DNA from: Methylophaga frappieri
GTDB taxonomy: Bacteria > Pseudomonadota > Gammaproteobacteria > Nitrosococcales > Methylophagaceae
Assembly (NCBI RefSeq): GCF_000260965.1
Contig: NC_017856.1
Location: 960,001 to 992,000 of the forward strand
Reading direction: 5' to 3'
Length of the DNA: 32,000 bases
The position numbers and the translations under genes are program-made. Below the pieces are notes generated by a model, which did no database searches, had not been told where the DNA came from, and worked only from the letters and a program-made list of their open reading frames with translations. This document shows positions 24,075 to 32,000 of this stretch, one piece after another. Numbering within the stretch: position 1 is the first letter of the stretch; the number at the start of each line of letters is the position of its first letter.

Positions 24075-25488
24075 GGCTCTATGCCGTTTCGTGTGGAATG
24101 CGCCAATCTCAACGGGCCACCGCCTGGGTGAATGGATGAGCCGGTAGATGTGCGAGCTTGGACATGCGCAGGTAAGCGATGGCGATGAAGTTGTCGGCCG
24201 TTCGGAAGCCGCGGGCGGCGCGCTTGGCCTGCTGCAGCAAGCCGTTCATGGCCTCGACGAAGGCATTGGAGCGGTTGTCCACCATGCCGCTGATCACCCC
24301 GGCGAAGTGTTCGCTCAGGGTCTTTGCCAACTTCTTGAAAGGCTCCAAGCGCGAGCGGCGTGCCCAGCTCAGCCAGGCTCGCAGATCCGTCTCGGCCTGA
24401 TCGGGGTTGTTGTGCTCGATCGCTGCGGCATACACCTCACGCAGCGCCATCTTCAGCCGCCACGCCCGCGCCGCCTTCAACGTGGAATACTGCAGCCAGT
24501 GCATCGCGTCGATCTGTCTTGCACTCCAGCGCTGCGGGTTCTTGCGCATGCCCCACATCAGGCCCTTGAGCACCTTGCGATCAGCGCCGCCCAAGGCCCG
24601 CTCCACCGCTCTGGGCTGTTCGCGCCATTCGGTGCGCCGCACCTCGTCCATTGCCGACATGGCCAGCTTGATGACGTGGAAGCGGTCGTAGCTGATGGCT
24701 GCATCGGGCAGCGCCAGACCCACGCCTTTGGTGTACGCCGCACTCATGTCTTGACAGACGTGGCGCACGGCTGCCGGATCACCGCCATGCGCTTTCAAGT
24801 CTTCGGCGAAGTCCACCACCGTCTGGTGGTCTCGCCCCTCGGTAGCAAACAGCAGTCGCTTGGCCTCCAGGTCGTGTACTACGGTGATGTAGTGCTGCCC
24901 GCGCCTCAGGCTGGTCTCGTCGATGCCCACAGTGCGCACCGTGCTCATGTCGTCCAACTCCCGGGCCTGGTCAACGTAGTGCTTGAGGCGCCGCCACAGC
25001 GGCTTGTCTGCACAGCGCAGCAGCTCGGCCGCCTGGCGCACCGGCAACTCTCGGCAAAGCGACAGAGCCAAGGCCTCGAACAGCGCGGTGAAGCCCGAAC
25101 CCTCGCGCGCCCACGGCACGCTCACCTGCGTGGTCTTGCCGCAGCCGCCGCACGCCACACGTGGCACATCGGCGTGCAGCCACGCCTCGAATTGGAAGAA
25201 GTCCAGATGTCGCCACGAGCGCCGCAGTCGGTCATGGATGCGCTGCGCGGGCGCGTTGCACTGAGGGCAGCCCAGCAGCTTGGCGTTGCACCCAACCTCG
25301 AAATCAATGCGTCGCTTGGCCGTGTCCAAGTCCACCTTGACTACTTCCCACGGTGCCACCAAGCCCAACGCGCTGGTGAACAGCGCCTCCACTCCAACAC
25401 TCACTTCACCCCCCGATCATGGGCACCCGCTGCCCGCATGGATGCAGCCATTGTCGGTGCTGGGTTCCACACGAAACGGCATAGAGCC
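24075..25488 (-). mobile_element. intact ISL3-family insertion sequence (1414 bp)
   Basis: Perfect 24-bp terminal IRs: ggctctatgccgtttcgtgtggaa at 24075-24098, and its reverse complement at 25465-25488. 8-bp target-site duplication actccaac at 24067-24074 and 25489-25496. Single transposase ORF. Confidence 0.95.
24109..25404 (-). CDS. ISL3-family transposase
   Basis: 431 aa. N-terminal zinc-finger CPQC...CGGCGK, then VGIDETSLRRGQHYITVVHDL...RLLFATEGRD, CQDMSAAY, YDRFHVIKL, EAMNGLLQQAKRAARGFR: typical ISL3 (DDE_Tnp_ISL3) features. Confidence 0.95.
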   Translation of the reverse strand: MSVGVEALFTSALGLVAPWEVVKVDLDTAKRRIDFEVGCNAKLLGCPQCNAPAQRIHDRLRRSWRHLDFFQFEAWLHADVPRVACGGCGKTTQVSVPWAREGSGFTALFEALALSLCRELPVRQAAELLRCADKPLWRRLKHYVDQARELDDMSTVRTVGIDETSLRRGQHYITVVHDLEAKRLLFATEGRDHQTVVDFAEDLKAHGGDPAAVRHVCQDMSAAYTKGVGLALPDAAISYDRFHVIKLAMSAMDEVRRTEWREQPRAVERALGGADRKVLKGLMWGMRKNPQRWSARQIDAMHWLQYSTLKAARAWRLKMALREVYAAAIEHNNPDQAETDLRAWLSWARRSRLEPFKKLAKTLSEHFAGVISGMVDNRSNAFVEAMNGLLQQAKRAARGFRTADNFIAIAYLRMSKLAHLPAHPFTQAVAR

Positions 25489-25572
25489 ACTCCAACTACG
25501 GATGAAGGCGTCCATCCCATTGCATGCGGTGCGACCAAACAGCAGCCTTCATCTGCAAGCCTTCATTTGCAC

Positions 25573-25602
25573 TTGCTAATTACCGACGCGTCGGTTATAT
25601 TA
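25573..25602 (+). promoter_or_regulatory. candidate mph promoter with an embedded palindromic MphR-type operator
   Basis: TTGCTA (25573-25578), 17-bp spacer, TATATT (25596-25601). The spacer contains the perfect 14-bp palindrome accgacgcgtcggt (25582-25595). GGAG at 25617-25620 lies 7 nt before the ATG at 25628. Confidence 0.6.
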
Positions 25603-25627
25603 CGCCTGTTCTGATCGGAGATCAACG

Positions 25628-26521
25628 ATGACTACAGACCTGACCGAGGAAATATTCGAGCTTGCCCGGCGTCACGGCCTTTCCCTTCACGGTGAGTTGG
25701 AGGTGAATGAGATTGGGCTGGATTTTCGTGTGCTGAAGGCGCGCGACACGCAATCAGTCTTTTGGGGATTGCGGGTTCCTAGACGCCAAGATGCCGCCGA
25801 GCGAATTGAGCGTGAGGCAAGGATTCTCTCTTGGCTGTCAAGCAATCTCCCCTTCAAGATTCCCGATTGGAGAGTTGCCTCGCCCGAACTCGTCGCCTAT
25901 CCATGGATGGCGGACGATACGGCGATTGATGTCGATGCAAGCACGCACGCGATCACTTGGCACGTAGATCGAACATCCGTTACTTACGCATATACGCTAG
26001 GTGAGGCGCTCGCTTCATTGCATGGCGTTAGCCTTACGGCCGCAGAAAGTACAGGATTACCAAACCCAACTATCGACGAAGTCCGGCGTGATCTACTTCG
26101 CGATCTCGACATAGTGACGAGTTCCTTTGATGTCCAGCCGAAGTGGCGAGATCGAGTACGGGCGTGGATAGACGACGACTCCACTTGGCCTAGCTGCTGC
26201 AAGTTTATACACGGTGACCTGTATGCCGGCCATGTCCTTGTTAATAAAGACCAACAGGTCACAGGGATGATCGACTGGTCCGAAGCCGGGATTGGCGATC
26301 CGGGTTTAGATTTTGTTGGTCACCTTCAGCTTTTTGGTGACAAAGGGCTCAGCAATTTGCTTAAGCACTACGAGCGTTGCGGCGGCTACGTTTGGCCAAC
26401 GTTGGTTCGCCACACGACAGAGCGGATGGCAGCGGGTCCGCTGAAATACGCGATGTTTGCTCTGAGAAGCAAAGACCCGACCCACAGCGACACTGCCGCT
26501 AAGCAGTTAGCCGCACTCTAA
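25628..26521 (+). CDS. mph: macrolide 2'-phosphotransferase family protein (Mph-like APH-fold kinase)
   Basis: 297 aa. ARRHGLSLHGELEVNEIGLDFRV, LRVPRR, EARIL..L..NLPFKIPDWRVASPELVAYP, WIDDDSTWP, HGDLYAGHVLV, GMIDWSEAGIGDP, FGDKGL..LL.HYERCGGYVWP parallel Mph(A) block by block (from memory). APH catalytic HGD and IDW motifs are present. Confidence 0.85.
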   Translation: MTTDLTEEIFELARRHGLSLHGELEVNEIGLDFRVLKARDTQSVFWGLRVPRRQDAAERIEREARILSWLSSNLPFKIPDWRVASPELVAYPWMADDTAIDVDASTHAITWHVDRTSVTYAYTLGEALASLHGVSLTAAESTGLPNPTIDEVRRDLLRDLDIVTSSFDVQPKWRDRVRAWIDDDSTWPSCCKFIHGDLYAGHVLVNKDQQVTGMIDWSEAGIGDPGLDFVGHLQLFGDKGLSNLLKHYERCGGYVWPTLVRHTTERMAAGPLKYAMFALRSKDPTHSDTAAKQLAAL

Positions 26522-27798
26522 TGTATATACGGATTCAAGCGAAGGCGCTTCCATGGTGGTGCACCATGGCGGCAATCTTCCTTTATCGATTAGGTAAAGC
26601 GATGTCGGGCGTAACAGCGCCTTGGGCCGTCCTTGAAATGGGAGGAAAAGCAAATGACCTCGGCGCCACTGCCGTCGCATTAACTGTGACAAGTGTCATT
26701 GGGTTCATTCTTGGTGGGCGGTGGACGGATCGGCAAGGTCCTCGTCAAGTGTTATGGATGTCAGGGATTAGCGGCGGCCTACTAATGACAATAGCATCGG
26801 TTGTTTCATCGCAACATGCTTACTTTGCATTCGCGGCAATAGCGTTGCTTGTCATGACGAATCTCGTAGACGCACCCATCCTGATGGCTCAAGAGAGCCG
26901 GTTGCCGGAGCTGTCACGCATGGCGCGCATTGTGATCCAGAGAACCGTTGTGGCCAAGACTGCTGCTAGTCACCTTGGTTTGGTGCTGGGGCCGGTCCTA
27001 GCGGGCGCCGTTCTTACCCATCTCTCCATGCCGGTATGCCTAGGCCTCATTGCTGGATGTCTGCTGACTGCAACGCTGGTAGCTGCACCCGTATATCCGA
27101 ATGGAAAACCTCGGCGCAGCACCTCCGAAGCGGCCGATTCTGAGCAAAATTGGGGCCCGTTGTTGCGACGGCTATACAGTAATGGATCGCTCCGAACGGC
27201 AATCCTGTTCTGTGCACTTCTGGCAGGTTGTGCGGCATCTGCTAACAGCGTGGTGATTCCAGCATTGCTCCAATCTTCTGATTCAGGTGCGCTCCAGTTC
27301 GGGAGCTTAATCTCGGCCCTGGGAGCAGGCACCCTAACTGGCACCATGCTGACAGGCATGTTGTCGCGTTTTCCTTCAATTCGGGTTGCATTTGTTGCAG
27401 CTTATTCGGCACATGCAGTGATGTGGCTGGTTATCGCATCTCAACCGAGCCTCGCCGTCTCTCTGACCATAGCTTTCTTCACCGGTGTTGCTGGAAGCCT
27501 CATGCCACTAGCAATAGGCATAGAAATTTATAAGCAGGTGCCATTGGCTATGCGCGGGCGATCTTTGGGAATTTACAGTGCCATCTTGATGATTGCCGCG
27601 GTGGCTACGATCGCTATCGGCACTGCAACTGTGCAAACCATAGGAGCCATCCAAACACTACTGGCATTGGCTTTTGTCGCCACCTTTTCTGCACTGGTTT
27701 CGCTTAAATGTATCGGACATCAGCACACAAGCACTCGACTCATTGATGAACAGAATGGCAAAAATCCGCCGACTACTTGGAACAAGTCTTCCTCATGA
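26521..27798 (+). CDS. MFS-type membrane protein, Mrx-like by position
   Basis: 425 aa and multi-TM throughout. The start overlaps the mph stop (TAATG). GGRWTDRQGPRQVL resembles the MFS loop 2-3 motif. Same position as mrx in mph(A) operons. Confidence 0.8.
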   Translation: MYIRIQAKALPWWCTMAAIFLYRLGKAMSGVTAPWAVLEMGGKANDLGATAVALTVTSVIGFILGGRWTDRQGPRQVLWMSGISGGLLMTIASVVSSQHAYFAFAAIALLVMTNLVDAPILMAQESRLPELSRMARIVIQRTVVAKTAASHLGLVLGPVLAGAVLTHLSMPVCLGLIAGCLLTATLVAAPVYPNGKPRRSTSEAADSEQNWGPLLRRLYSNGSLRTAILFCALLAGCAASANSVVIPALLQSSDSGALQFGSLISALGAGTLTGTMLTGMLSRFPSIRVAFVAAYSAHAVMWLVIASQPSLAVSLTIAFFTGVAGSLMPLAIGIEIYKQVPLAMRGRSLGIYSAILMIAAVATIAIGTATVQTIGAIQTLLALAFVATFSALVSLKCIGHQHTSTRLIDEQNGKNPPTTWNKSSS

Positions 27799-27870
27799 TC
27801 TACATAAATGGTCGAAGCCATATCGCGTCGCTACATTGGCAGTTCATGGTCTTGGTGTAGTGAAGCAAGC

Positions 27871-28815
27871 ATGGAGCTACGACACCTTCGCTACTTCCTG
27901 GCCGTGGCTGAAGAACTCCACTTCGCTCGTGCGGCCGAGCGACTGCACATCGAGCAATCGCCGCTGTCGCGTGCCATCAAGGAACTGGAGGAAGAACTGG
28001 GCGTGGTGCTGTTTGCACGCACCACGCGCAGCACGCGCTTAACCCGGGCTGGTGCATTGTTCCTGGAGCACGTACGCCGCGTGTTCGCGGCGTTGCAGCA
28101 GGCGCGCGATAGTGTCCGTGCGGCCGCTCAAGGTTTTGATGGGCAATTGCGCGTGGCCTTGTCGGATGGCATCACGCCGTCGCGCCTGCCGGCTCTGTTG
28201 GCGCTATGCCGCCAGGAGGAACCCGAAGTCGAAATCCGCCTGACCGAAGTGCCGCTGTCGCAGCAGATCAAAGGGCTGCACGATGATCTGTATGACGTGG
28301 GCTTTGCCCGTTCCGATGAAGCCGGCGATGGCATAGTTGCCTTGCCTGTCTGGAACGATCCGCTGATGGTGGCTGTTCCCGCGCGCCATCCCTTGCTGGC
28401 CCACAAGCGCATCCCGCTGGAAGAAGTGCTGCGCTATCCGCTGGTGCTGTGCGACCCGGTTGCGTGTGAGGGCCATGCGAGACAGGTGGATCGCGTGCTG
28501 CGCCGTGCGGACATGGAACCGCTGGTGGCCGAACGAGTGGCGACCTGCGACCTGATGATGGTGCTGGTGTCGGCCGGCTTCGCCCTCGGCTTGACCGGTG
28601 CCGCGCACATCGCGGCCAGCCGCGAACAGGGCGTGGTTGCGCGGCCACTTACGGGCCGCTCGCCGCTACTCACGACCTATCTACTGCGCTTGAACACCGA
28701 GCCATCGGGAACGCTGGCCCGCTTTATGGAGCGCGTGCAGGCTATCGACTCACCCGAGGCCAACAATCCAACGCCGAATGACGACCACGATTCCCTGGAG
28801 GAACCCGAACCATGA
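27871..28815 (+). CDS. LysR-family transcriptional regulator
   Basis: MELRHLRYFLAVAEELHFARAAERLHIEQSPLSRAIKELEEELGVVLFARTTR is a canonical LysR HTH, followed by a substrate-binding domain. G+C returns to backbone level. Confidence 0.95.
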   Translation: MELRHLRYFLAVAEELHFARAAERLHIEQSPLSRAIKELEEELGVVLFARTTRSTRLTRAGALFLEHVRRVFAALQQARDSVRAAAQGFDGQLRVALSDGITPSRLPALLALCRQEEPEVEIRLTEVPLSQQIKGLHDDLYDVGFARSDEAGDGIVALPVWNDPLMVAVPARHPLLAHKRIPLEEVLRYPLVLCDPVACEGHARQVDRVLRRADMEPLVAERVATCDLMMVLVSAGFALGLTGAAHIAASREQGVVARPLTGRSPLLTTYLLRLNTEPSGTLARFMERVQAIDSPEANNPTPNDDHDSLEEPEP

Positions 28816-29075
28816 AGAAAGCCATTGCGCTCTTATTGGCTGCGGTGCTGACAGGCTGCGGCCCGAAGGATGCGCCAGAGAAGAAAGACGTGCCGAGCGT
28901 TGAAGAACTGGCGTCCAATCCCGTGCGTCTCAAGGAACTGCGCCAGCAGTGCAAAACGGATCGCGCCACACTGGGCGACGAGCTGTGCAACCGGGTGGCC
29001 GAAGCCACGCGCAAGCGGTTCTATGGCGGCGGCAATACGCCCTACACGCCGCCGGAGAATCCGCCCAAGTTCTGA
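28812..29075 (+). CDS. EexN-like entry-exclusion lipoprotein
   Basis: 87 aa. Signal peptide plus lipobox (LLLAAVLTGC). LASNPVRLKELRQQCKTDRATLGDELCNRV matches the EexN family as recalled. ATGA overlap with the LysR stop. Immediately upstream of traG. Confidence 0.8.
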   Translation: MKKAIALLLAAVLTGCGPKDAPEKKDVPSVEELASNPVRLKELRQQCKTDRATLGDELCNRVAEATRKRFYGGGNTPYTPPENPPKF

Positions 29076-29310
29076 TCGCAGGCGATTCGCCACGAACCCT
29101 TAAGTTTTTCGCTCGACACGCCGCAATGCGCCTTCGCTTGCGGCGTTTCTCATTGGCGCGATGCAGACCCAATTCTTTCCAATTACTCGACCTTTCTCCC
29201 GATAACGGTCTTTGACCGGCACCGACCCGGCACTGATCCTCACGTCATGCGGCACGTCCTTGTGCCGTTCTCGACCGAGGAATCAGTGCAGGGAAATTGG
29301 AGGCCAGTCT

Positions 29311-31326
29311 ATGCAAGGTCAAGGCGTGTTGTTCGGGCAGATCGCCGTCGTGTTCGGAATCGTGATCGCCGGCGTGTGGGGTGCCACGCAATGGACAGCC
29401 GCCGCATTGGGTTACCAGCTACGCCTTGGCTCGCCGTGGTTCGACTTCTTCGGCACGCCGGTCTATCACCCCTGGCGGCTGTTCGAGTGGTGGTTCTTCT
29501 TCGACGCCTACGCCCCGCAGGTGTTCGACACTGGCGGCATGATCGCGGCGGGCAGCGGCCTGCTGGCAGTGGTGGTTGCCATCGCCATGTCGGTGTGGCG
29601 CTCGCGCCAGGCACGCAAGGTGACGACCTACGGTTCGGCGCGCTGGGCCGATGCTGCCGACATTCGCAAGGCTGGGCTGACACAGGCCGCTGGTGTCTTT
29701 CTCGGCCAGCATGATGGCCACTACCTGCGCCATGAAGGCCCGGAACACGTCCTGACTTTCGCTCCCACTCGCTCGGGCAAGGGTGTCGGCTTGGTTGTCC
29801 CGACATTGTTGTCCTGGCCGGCTTCGGCCGTCATCCATGACATCAAGGGCGAGAACTGGCAGATCACCGCAGGCTGGCGCAGCCGGTTCAGCCACTGCCT
29901 GCTGTTCAACCCAACCGATTCGAAGTCGGCAGCCTACAACCCGCTGCTGGAAGTCCGGCGCGGCGCGCATGAGGTGCGCGACGTGCAGAACATCGCGGAC
30001 ATTCTGGTCGATCCCGAAGGTGCGCTGGAGAAGCGCAACCACTGGGAGAAGACTTCGCACGCGCTGCTGGTAGGGGCCATCTTGCATGTGCTGTACGCGG
30101 GCGAGGACAAGACCCTGCGCGGCGTCGCCAACTTCCTTTCCGATCCGGCCAGCCCGTTCGAGCTGACCTTGCACAGGATGATGACGACGAAGCACCTGGG
30201 CGATGCACCGCACCCGGTTGTCGCGTCCGCTGCGCGCGAAGTGCTGAACAAGTCGGACAACGAACGCTCGGGCGTGTTGAGCACCGCCATGTCGTTCCTC
30301 GGCCTGTACCGCGACCCCACCGTGGCGGAAGTGACTTCGCGCTGCGACTGGCGCATCGCCGACCTGATCGCATCCGAGCATCCGGTGTCCCTCTATCTGG
30401 TAGTGCCGCCCTCGGACATATCGCGCACCAAACCACTGATCCGGCTGATCCTCAACCAGATCGGCCGGCGGCTCACCGAATCGCTCGACGGCAGCGACGG
30501 CATCGAGCGCCGCCACAAGCTGCTGCTGATGCTCGACGAGTTCCCGGCGCTGGGCCGCCTGGACTTCTTCGAGACGGCGCTCGCCTTCATGGCCGGCTAC
30601 GGCATCCGCAGCTTTCTCATCGCACAGTCGCTCAACCAGATCGACAAAGCCTACGGCCAGAACCATTCGATTCTGGATAACTGCCATGTCCGCGTGACGT
30701 TCGCCACCAACGACGAACGCACCGCCAAACGCATTTCCGAAACCTTGGGCACCGCCACCGAACTGCGCGCCCAGCGCAACTATGCCGGGCACAGATTGGC
30801 CCCTTGGCTGGGGCACCTGATGGTGTCGCGGCAGGAGACGGCACGGCCGCTGCTGACGCCGGGCGAAGTGATGCAGCTTCCGACCGACGAAGCCGTGGTG
30901 ATGGTGTCCAGCGTGGCACCGATCAAGGCCAAGAAGCTGCGCTACTACGCCGACGCGAATTTCAAGAACCGCGTTTTGCCGCCGCCCGCGCTCGCGGCCG
31001 GGCAGTACGCCGACGCACCACCGGCCCGGCCCGACGACTGGAGCGGCCTGGCGATCCCCGCTGAACCAGCGGCCCCGGCTGCGAGCTTGTCCAGCGATGG
31101 AGCAGGCACCGCCGATGACGGCGGCCCGCGCCGCCAGCCGGAGCTATCCGAAGTCGTGGAATACAGCCCCGAACCGCAGCCCGCCGGCAACGACCTGGCG
31201 CTGCTCGATGACGACGACGACCTGCCGCTGCCAGGTCTTGCCTCTCTCCCCGGCCAGCTCGACCCGGCCATGCAGCGCACGGCCCGGCTCGCATCGCTGA
31301 ATCCCAACGACGGAATCGACCTATGA
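29311..31326 (+). CDS. traG: type IV coupling protein TraG/VirD4
   Basis: The ATG at 29311 lies 7 nt after ggagg. Two N-terminal TM helices. Walker A FAPTRSGKGVGLVVPTLL. LLLMLDEFPALGRL (Walker B region). RSFLIAQSLNQI. Confidence 0.95.
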   Translation: MQGQGVLFGQIAVVFGIVIAGVWGATQWTAAALGYQLRLGSPWFDFFGTPVYHPWRLFEWWFFFDAYAPQVFDTGGMIAAGSGLLAVVVAIAMSVWRSRQARKVTTYGSARWADAADIRKAGLTQAAGVFLGQHDGHYLRHEGPEHVLTFAPTRSGKGVGLVVPTLLSWPASAVIHDIKGENWQITAGWRSRFSHCLLFNPTDSKSAAYNPLLEVRRGAHEVRDVQNIADILVDPEGALEKRNHWEKTSHALLVGAILHVLYAGEDKTLRGVANFLSDPASPFELTLHRMMTTKHLGDAPHPVVASAAREVLNKSDNERSGVLSTAMSFLGLYRDPTVAEVTSRCDWRIADLIASEHPVSLYLVVPPSDISRTKPLIRLILNQIGRRLTESLDGSDGIERRHKLLLMLDEFPALGRLDFFETALAFMAGYGIRSFLIAQSLNQIDKAYGQNHSILDNCHVRVTFATNDERTAKRISETLGTATELRAQRNYAGHRLAPWLGHLMVSRQETARPLLTPGEVMQLPTDEAVVMVSSVAPIKAKKLRYYADANFKNRVLPPPALAAGQYADAPPARPDDWSGLAIPAEPAAPAASLSSDGAGTADDGGPRRQPELSEVVEYSPEPQPAGNDLALLDDDDDLPLPGLASLPGQLDPAMQRTARLASLNPNDGIDL

Positions 31327-31799
31327 GCCAGTACCGCCTCAACCTGTTCATCCAGCCCGAACATGCCAAGCGCCTAGACGAACTGGCCGCCAAGAAAGGC
31401 GTCTCGAAGTCCAGCATCGTGGCCGCCGCCTTGGCGTCCTGGCTGTCGCCGGATGCCGGCGACCAGCGCGAGGCGGCGATTGCCAAGCGCCTTGATCGCC
31501 TGTCGCGGCAGGCCGAGCGCCTGGAACGCGACCAGAACGTCGAAATCGAAACGCTGGCGCTGTTCATCCGCTACTTCCTGACCGTCAGCACGCCGATTCC
31601 CGAAGCCCATCAGGACGCGGCCCGTGCGCAGGGCAAGGCGCGCTTCGAGCAGTTCGTGGAACAGCTTGGCCGCCACCTGCTGCGCGGCCGCAGCCTGGTG
31701 CGCGACGTAGTGGAGGAACTACACCCCGACCCGGTGCGAATGGATGACGCGGCGGCGCTGGCTGAAGCCCAAGAACGTACTGCGGAGCGTGCCTCATGA
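31323..31799 (+). CDS. CopG-like ribbon-helix-helix protein
   Basis: MSQYRLNLFIQPEHAKRLDELAAKKGVSKSSIVAAALASWL is an RHH N-terminus. ATGA overlaps with traG and trbB. Confidence 0.8.
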   Translation: MSQYRLNLFIQPEHAKRLDELAAKKGVSKSSIVAAALASWLSPDAGDQREAAIAKRLDRLSRQAERLERDQNVEIETLALFIRYFLTVSTPIPEAHQDAARAQGKARFEQFVEQLGRHLLRGRSLVRDVVEELHPDPVRMDDAAALAEAQERTAERAS

Positions 31800-32000
31800 G
31801 CGCCGTTCCGCAAACCCCGCCCGAACGCTCATCCGCTGCGGCTTCGCTGGATCGCCGTATCCAGATGCTGCGCACGGCAATGGGGCCGGTCATCGCCGCC
31901 GCGCTGGCCGACCCTGACGTGGTGGAAATCATGCTCAACCCCGACCGCACCCTATGGGTGGATCGGCTGTCGTCGGGCCGCACGCCGCTGGGCGTGGAAC
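31796..32000 (+). CDS. trbB: P-type conjugative transfer ATPase TrbB (VirB11-like), 3'-truncated by the window edge
   Basis: My translation from the ATG at 31796: MSAVPQTPPERSSAAASLDRRIQMLRTAMGPVIAAALADPDVVEIMLNPDRTLWVDRLSSGRTPLGVE. This is the typical TrbB N-terminus, and the frame is open to the window end. It is not in the supplied ORF track. Confidence 0.85.
   Translation, partial: MSAVPQTPPERSSAAASLDRRIQMLRTAMGPVIAAALADPDVVEIMLNPDRTLWVDRLSSGRTPLGVE

Noticed and set aside
1-32000. CRISPR arrays, tRNA/rRNA genes, and att sites or ICE ends.
   Set aside because: No regularly spaced short repeats with unique spacers were seen. No cloverleaf-like or rRNA-like conserved stretches were noticed. 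The integrase and the element ends appear to lie outside this window.

Overview
GC-rich, Burkholderiales-like DNA carrying most of the backbone of a Tn4371-family-type integrative conjugative element (ICE). This is inferred from gene content and order; no database search was possible.

Backbone, left to right:
- radC, a small CxxC protein, a DUF932 protein and a large ParB/KorB-like protein
- a small ORF and a DUF736 protein
- an XRE regulator (minus strand) divergent from a DUF2958 protein, then a DUF2285 (FseA-like) activator and an RdfS/AlpA-like HTH protein
- repA with 3 iterons, parA, an RHH protein, a DUF2840 protein, the TraF S26 peptidase, a small ORF and a VirD2/DUF3363-type relaxase
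- [cargo 2]
- a LysR regulator, an EexN-like lipoprotein, the TraG/VirD4 coupling protein, a CopG-like RHH protein and the start of trbB

Two stretches with visibly lower G+C are cargo.

Cargo 1 (about nt 1-8300) holds the most interesting locus. A WYL-domain regulator and a 4-TM protein are transcribed divergently from a tight three-gene operon: a ComEC-type MBL hydrolase, a 751-aa E2-E1-JAB triple fusion, and a second ComEC-type MBL hydrolase. There is no CD-NTase gene and no recognisable ubiquitin-like gene. I read this as a candidate, experimentally uncharacterised ubiquitin-like-conjugation conflict/defence system. It is followed by an orphan 352-aa gene bracketed by about 115-bp direct repeats.

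Cargo 2 (about nt 23218-27800) is a divergent macrolide-phosphotransferase module: an MphR-like TetR regulator, an Mph-like kinase and an MFS protein. An intact ISL3-family IS (24-bp perfect IRs, 8-bp TSD) is inserted in its intergenic region.

A family of GC-rich repeats (about 110-160 bp) precedes several genes between nt 7079 and 15208. Two near-identical 160-bp copies form the 5' leaders of radC and the next gene.

No rRNA, tRNA or CRISPR array was seen. Many long ORFs in the track are shadow ORFs in alternative or antisense frames, as expected in GC-rich DNA.
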